Of a DNA stretch of 55,249 bases, positions 50,652-55,249 are shown in pieces. The DNA is from an uncultured Lentisphaerales bacterium (lineage in GTDB: Bacteria; Verrucomicrobiota; Lentisphaeria; JABSQK01; UBA12247): assembly GCA_943788985.1 (NCBI GenBank), contig CALSSJ010000041.1, forward strand, positions 1-55,249. The letters run 5' to 3'. The notes under the pieces are model-generated. The model saw only the letters and a program-made list of their open reading frames with translations. It was not told where the DNA came from and ran no database searches. The position numbers and the translations under genes were made by a program. Within the stretch, counting starts at the first letter, position 1; each line of letters begins with the position of its first letter.

Positions 50652-50727
50652 GCTCCGGTAGCTCAGGGGATAGAGCAACGGTCTTCTAAACCGTCGGTCG
50701 CTGGTTCGATCCCAGCCCGGAGTGCCA
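50652..50727 (+). tRNA. tRNA-Arg (anticodon TCT)
   Basis: Acceptor stem GCTCCGG/CCGGAGT, D-arm GCTCAGGGGATAGAGC, anticodon arm ACGGT-CTTCTAA-ACCGT, T-loop GGTTCGATCC and an encoded CCA. Confidence 0.97.
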
Positions 50728-51084
50728 TTCTTACCTACGATGCCGACCCGCCAAATCTTACCCGCGCCCCTACCTTCCGTGCGTTCCGTGGTTAAAAGCG
50801 ATACCCTACGGCAGCCGCGGTTATATTTCTTCGCCAGCATTCGCTGGGTAGAAGGACGTCGGAGACGCAAAAATCGGCTGCTCCGACTAACTGAGCGACA
50901 CTAGCGCTCGTCCGGTGCGATGACCAAAAGCGCGTAACTTGCCCAGTCCCAAGGGGATATTCGCTGGTGAAAGGCGAAAAACGCCCGCTGTTGTCCGCTT
51001 CTCTCGGTTGAGCCCCGAGATAACAAGGCTAGCCCACGTTACTAAAAGGTCCGGTAGCGGCCCGGTAGCTGGAATCCGCAGAAG

Positions 51085-51327
51085 GTCCACGCTCGGGAAT
51101 TGTTCCGCACAGCCATCGAGACCAATTGCGCCCGGGTCGTTGTCGTGCACAATCATCCGAACGGCGATCCAACCCCAAGCGCTCAGGACCTTTCCAGCAC
51201 ACGGGAACTGGCGAGTGCTGGGGAGATTCTCGGCATAAAGGTCACCGACCATGTGATTCTTGGTCGTAAGATCGAGTCCCACACACGAGACTACTTCAGC
51301 TTTCTGGATGCTGGCATCCAGCTCTAA
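51085..51327 (+). pseudogene. radC: 3' fragment of radC (JAB/MPN domain)
   Basis: VHARELFR.AI...ARVVVVHNHPNGDPTPSAQD...DHVILG...YFSF. An in-frame TAG at 51055 lies upstream, so the 5' half is absent. Confidence 0.85.
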
Positions 51328-51335
51328 CAGGACTG

Positions 51336-51360
51336 CCGCATCTCCATTGGGGAGATGCGG
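51336..51360. terminator. Perfect 10-bp stem hairpin between convergent genes
   Basis: CCGCATCTCC-ATTGG-GGAGATGCGG. Confidence 0.5.
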
Positions 51361-51406
51361 AACCTATGACGCTGAACTCCGCCTAGCATCTGAACTTGGC
51401 GGTGAA

Positions 51407-51787
51407 TCAGAATAGTTTTGGATGCAAGAGGGGAATTCCCTTCGGGGTTGTGGAGTCCGCCAATAGATGGACCCCATACTGCCAGGCAAGAGAGCGCAGC
51501 AGGTTCCGCTCAAACTCGCCTAGCTGTTCTGATTCCGACCCAAAGGCGACTCTTCCGAGAATAGCCGCTGCCGTAACACTGTGGAAGAACGCTCTGTGGT
51601 TTGGGCTGGTTGCTGGCTCCAGAAAATCGGGAATTGACGCCCCCACATATCCAACAGCCATGTTGGTTAGTAGTTTACCAACGGGAAAGGGGGCGTTGGG
51701 ATCGTGTTCGAGTTGTATGCAATGCTGCCAAAGTGTGATGCCGACGCCGACGGTGACGCCGATTACTTGATGTTGTTTTCTGTTCAC
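51407..51787 (-). CDS. YdjM-like membrane-associated metal-dependent hydrolase
   Basis: Motifs N-terminal H, PD.LEP....HRAFFHS and HLLADSTTPKGIPLL. RBS is degenerate and the start is GTG. Confidence 0.8.
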   Translation of the reverse strand: MNRKQHQVIGVTVGVGITLWQHCIQLEHDPNAPFPVGKLLTNMAVGYVGASIPDFLEPATSPNHRAFFHSVTAAAILGRVAFGSESEQLGEFERNLLRSLAWQYGVHLLADSTTPKGIPLLHPKLF

Positions 51788-52083
51788 GAGGAGGTCCTAT
51801 AATTCACAGCCATAGGCATAAAGTGTTTATAGCCTACGGCTTCTTTTCGATGATGCAAGCCTCTCATCTCCATTTCGGGGATGCGGCGCTTTCCATTGGG
51901 CTGCGGGAGGCCCACCGGCTCTCAGAGACCGACCTCTTCAGGTGTCCTCAATCACATTTTTTTCACTTCCTGGGCCATTGCCCCAAAGCTTACGTCATGG
52001 TAGAGTCCGTGCTGACCCGCCCCCACCACAGTTGAGGGAGCGGCCCGATCGATTGTGACTTATCTAAGGGATGTACGACGAAC

Positions 52084-52209
52084 ATGGCTCAAGACACCAG
52101 CAGTGCGGCACAAGATCGCAGTTCAAGGCAAACCAGCATCAAAGAATATCGGATTGCCCTGATCTCCCAAGCGGTCACAGGAAAGATTGATGTAAGGGCG
52201 GCAGTCTAA
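52084..52209 (+). pseudogene. Mini-ORF ending in the C-terminal tail of a type I restriction HsdS subunit
   Basis: Translates as MAQDTSSAAQDRSSRQTSIKEYRIALISQAVTGKIDVRAAV*. KEYR.ALI..AVTGKIDVR is the typical HsdS C-terminus. It has a TAATG overlap with the next gene. Confidence 0.75.
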
Positions 52210-53147
52210 TGGCAATTGGAAAGCTTGAACGTGTCCCGCTGCGGGAGGTTTGGAAGCATGAGGCTCATGATTTCACGGTGTGGATGGAGGAAAACCTTGA
52301 TGTCCTTTCCGAAGTCCTCGACATCAACCTTTCCAATGTGGAACGAGAAAAGGGTACAGGAAACTTCAGTGTCGATCTGGTTGCAGAAGACGACAATGGC
52401 AACGCTGTCATCATTGAGAACCAGCTTGAGAAGAGCAACCATGACCATCTGGGAAAGGTCATTACCTACCTGGCTGCCGTGGGGGCCAAGACTGCCATCT
52501 GGATCGTCTCTGATCCTCGCACCGAGCATGTCGCGGCCATCAACTGGCTGAACGAGTCCACAGCAGCCTCGTTCTACTTACTGAAGGTCGAAGCCATCAA
52601 GATCGGCGCATCTGAACCTGCACCGTTACTTACTGAAATCGTTGGACCGTCCGAAGAAGGGAAGCAAATCGGCCAGCAAAAAAAGGAGATCGCTGAACGC
52701 CATGTGATTAGAAGGCGGTTTTGGACCCAACTACTTGAGCACGCGAAGAGCAAGACCAAGCTCCATTCGACGATTTCTCCAAGCCAGTACAATTGGATTG
52801 GGACCGGGACAGGCGTTCGCGGTGTGGGCCTGAATTACTCACTCACACAACATGAAGTCAGTGTTGAGATATACATTGACCGTGGCAAGGATGCAGACGA
52901 AGAAAATTCAGCAATTTTTGATCAACTGCACGCAGAGCGTGAAGCGCTCGAGGCGAAGTTCGGCAGCCCACTGGAATGGCAGTCTCTCCCCACAAAGCGG
53001 GCTTGCCGCGTGCGCTACATGCTGAAGAATGGTGGATATCGTGATGAAGAAGAGTGGGAGAGCAGCATCCCCAAAGCGGTGGATACGATGATCCGTTTCG
53101 AGGCAGCGCTCCGACCACACATCAAAAAACTTCAGGTGGGCGGGTGA
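52209..53147 (+). CDS. DUF4268-domain protein with N-terminal PD-(D/E)XK (NucS-like) nuclease domain
   Basis: Motifs LREVWKHEA.DFT.W, VDLVAED..IIENQL..NHDHLGK.ITY, 'RRFWTQLL' and 'LEAKFG.PLEWQ.L..KRACR'. Confidence 0.85.
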   Translation: MAIGKLERVPLREVWKHEAHDFTVWMEENLDVLSEVLDINLSNVEREKGTGNFSVDLVAEDDNGNAVIIENQLEKSNHDHLGKVITYLAAVGAKTAIWIVSDPRTEHVAAINWLNESTAASFYLLKVEAIKIGASEPAPLLTEIVGPSEEGKQIGQQKKEIAERHVIRRRFWTQLLEHAKSKTKLHSTISPSQYNWIGTGTGVRGVGLNYSLTQHEVSVEIYIDRGKDADEENSAIFDQLHAEREALEAKFGSPLEWQSLPTKRACRVRYMLKNGGYRDEEEWESSIPKAVDTMIRFEAALRPHIKKLQVGG

Positions 53148-53388
53148 AGCTGCATTTAGGCCCGAGGAGTGCGCGTCAGTTGACGATGGAGGACAGCGTG
53201 ATCCATTGAGCTGCAGCCATCTCTTCAATCAATCTCAACTACGCGAGTGAGCCCTGTGAGTAAGAGTATGGACATAAGAAGGAGTGGCTACTGTCTCTTC
53301 ATTGGGGAGATGGACCTCAACGATCGATTCTACGAACAGGCTGGCCAAGAGGTTGCAGCGCTGACAGAAAACGGCCTCCTGACACCAG

Positions 53389-54003
53389 TTGATCACGCAG
53401 CAAGAGAACACCGTCGTGAGCTCTGATTCACTGGGCCAGACATTGGATGAGATGTGGGCGGCACAAGACGGCGTATCGGTTGCGGAGTATCGCGCCAGAG
53501 AAAAGGACCGGCAAGTTTTCATGGCGAGAGCAGAGACGTTTGAGCAGCTACCTCCTGAGGCTTGGCCTGACCTACATCCTAATTGGGACCTGAGCATTGA
53601 CGGCCGTCGGCATACACTTGATGGTCCCAGTATTCGTCCTGGACAGTGCAGTGAGACCGTGCAATTGGCCCGGAAAACGTCCGAAGGCGAGTGGTGCCTG
53701 GGGTGGGTTGAAGGCGTCGCATTGAGAGATCAGCTTATATCGTCGCTGCGGATTGAGAAGCACGAACTCTGGACGAAGCTAAGTGCACCTAAGCTCTCAA
53801 GGGTCATCGCACACATCGCCCAAGGAGGGGCGCTCTCCCCTCCCTTGGTCGGAATCGCGCCTTCAGGAGATTGGCTGACCCTATGTGGGGGGAGGCATCG
53901 TTTTACAGCACTTTGTGCAATAGGGCACAGCCGTATACCAATCTACTGCGGCCCGGCGGATCTCGACAAGGTTGAGGCTCGAGTTTCTATCGAATGGGCT
54001 TGA
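53389..54003 (+). CDS. Hypothetical protein with C-terminal ParB/sulfiredoxin-like domain
   Basis: 'IAHIAQGGALSPPLV.......LTLCGGRHRFTAL...G...IPIY' matches the ParB/Srx G.HR signature. The start is uncertain. Confidence 0.55.
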   Translation: MITQQENTVVSSDSLGQTLDEMWAAQDGVSVAEYRAREKDRQVFMARAETFEQLPPEAWPDLHPNWDLSIDGRRHTLDGPSIRPGQCSETVQLARKTSEGEWCLGWVEGVALRDQLISSLRIEKHELWTKLSAPKLSRVIAHIAQGGALSPPLVGIAPSGDWLTLCGGRHRFTALCAIGHSRIPIYCGPADLDKVEARVSIEWA

Positions 54004-54137
54004 ATGTCGCCGGTGCCACTCACCGCGGTGTGATGCGTGGGGGCGCTCTGATACCCTGATACTAGGCTTGAAATCCTTCACCCTGAGTGCTATTCTCATC
54101 CTCATGAGGCTTTCTAACAATCCCCAAGGCCACTACA

Positions 54138-55249
54138 ATGCGTATCGTTGCTCTACTTGTTCTCCTAGTCTTGGCTCAGCACGCTGCGGCAGCAATTGAC
54201 CCCGCAGCACTTAACCGGGTCCTTGGAGATATCGCGTTTGAGGCGGGCAATTACACTGAAGCTGTAAACCGATACCGTAAGGCCGCAGAGGGAAACGACC
54301 GGCGCGCAAAATTCGATCTCGGCGTAATGTACGGCAGTGGGAAAGGCGTGCCTCAAGACTTCGGTCAAGCGAGGAAATGGTATCGTGAGGCTGCTGATCA
54401 AGGTGAGCTGGCCGCCCAGGTCAACCTGGGTGCAATGTACAGCATGGGCAAGGGTGTACCTGAAAGTGATTCGGACGCGATGAAATGGTACCGCAAGGCC
54501 GCCGAAAGCCATGCCTGGAACCTGTACTGGAGTATGACCTCAAAGCATGACAGAGGCGCAGGCGCTAGCCAGGATTATACCGAAGTTGGGCGTTGGTTAC
54601 GTTCCGCGGCTGCTGAAGGAAAGGCATCCGCACAGTTGGCTCTTGGCGTAATGTACGCCACCGGACAAGGAGTCCCCCAAGATTATGGTCAGGCAAGGGA
54701 GTGGTGTCGCGAGGCTGCCGATCAGGGCGAGGCGTTTGCACAATTGTCCCTCGGCGTATTTCATGGCATGGGAAAGGGGGTACCTGAGAGCAACATGGAG
54801 GCGATGAAATGGTACCGCAAGGCCGCCGAGCACGGCGTCTCGTTTGCTCAGTTTTATGTCGGGTGGGGATACCAAAATGGCGAAGGCGTCGTGAAGGACA
54901 GCGCAAAGGCTGCCGAGTGGTATACAAAGGCCGCCGAACAGGAGCACATTCACGCGCGGCAAAACCTTGGCTTCATGTACTTTCGTGGTGAGGGAGTGGT
55001 TAAGAACTATGCCAAGGCCGTTGAGTGGCTCAGTAAGGAGACACACGGCCCATCGACTCGTTCGTCGTTATTGGCTTTATGTATGAGCAAGGTGGAAATG
55101 GTCTCACGCAAAACTACTCCGACGCCGTCGATTGGTATCGTGCAGGTGCGGACACTGGAGACGCAAGCGCCCAGAATAGTCTCGGCCTCATGTATCGCGC
55201 TGGCAAGGGTGTACCCCGAGACCACTCCGAAGCGGCCAAGTGGTTCCGC
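54138..55249 (+). CDS. Secreted Sel1-like repeat (SLR) protein, 3' partial, with an apparent frameshift near 55050
   Basis: Not in the ORF track because it has no stop in the window. MRIVALLVLLVLAQHAAA is a signal peptide, followed by repeated 'AQ..LG.MY..G.GVP.D...A.KWYRKAAE'. The Sel1 pattern changes frame at CCC 55049-55051. Confidence 0.88.
   Translation, partial: MRIVALLVLLVLAQHAAAAIDPAALNRVLGDIAFEAGNYTEAVNRYRKAAEGNDRRAKFDLGVMYGSGKGVPQDFGQARKWYREAADQGELAAQVNLGAMYSMGKGVPESDSDAMKWYRKAAESHAWNLYWSMTSKHDRGAGASQDYTEVGRWLRSAAAEGKASAQLALGVMYATGQGVPQDYGQAREWCREAADQGEAFAQLSLGVFHGMGKGVPESNMEAMKWYRKAAEHGVSFAQFYVGWGYQNGEGVVKDSAKAAEWYTKAAEQEHIHARQNLGFMYFRGEGVVKNYAKAVEWLSKETHGPSTRSSLLALCMSKVEMVSRKTTPTPSIGIVQVRTLETQAPRIVSASCIALARVYPETTPKRPSGS

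Noticed and set aside
50700..55249. Intact prophage or ICE at tRNA-Arg
   Set aside because: No integrase, phage or conjugation gene, and no duplicated tRNA 3' end inside the window.
39982..55249. Diversity-generating retroelement acting on the repeat proteins
   Set aside because: No reverse transcriptase, and no repeat pair differing specifically at adenines was seen.

Overview
GC-rich bacterial chromosomal window, most consistent with a PVC-superphylum organism, probably Lentisphaerae-like (inferred from the short rpoZ, Cys-type sulfatases plus GH95, ExbB/ExbD-TPR cluster and prepilin-type gene). It carries core genes (exbB/exbD-like, surE, rpoZ, argJ, rpe, tsaE, an inositol monophosphatase family gene, tRNA-Arg(TCT)). 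There are two very large secreted proteins: a multidomain trypsin-like protease and a 3352-aa protein with about 33 cadherin-like/Big_9 repeats. A ~2000-aa membrane-spanning TPR protein sits next to a J-domain-like partner. Accessory DNA includes a sulfated-fucan degradation cluster, a decaying surface-polysaccharide segment, and a mosaic of remnants after the tRNA (radC 3' half, hsdS tail, DUF4268, ParB-like and Sel1 genes). Several long genes are split by single-base homopolymer indels that look like sequencing errors. The three most unusual signals are: (1) a 13-bp palindrome TGCGRASTYCGCA found 18 times, mostly inside coding sequence; (2) an AAA+/DUF4143 gene flanked by 172-bp structured direct repeats and preceded by a 33-bp-period dual-motif mini-array; (3) a C-terminal domain shared by the two unrelated giant secreted proteins. 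All domain calls are by eye from motifs; no database search was run.
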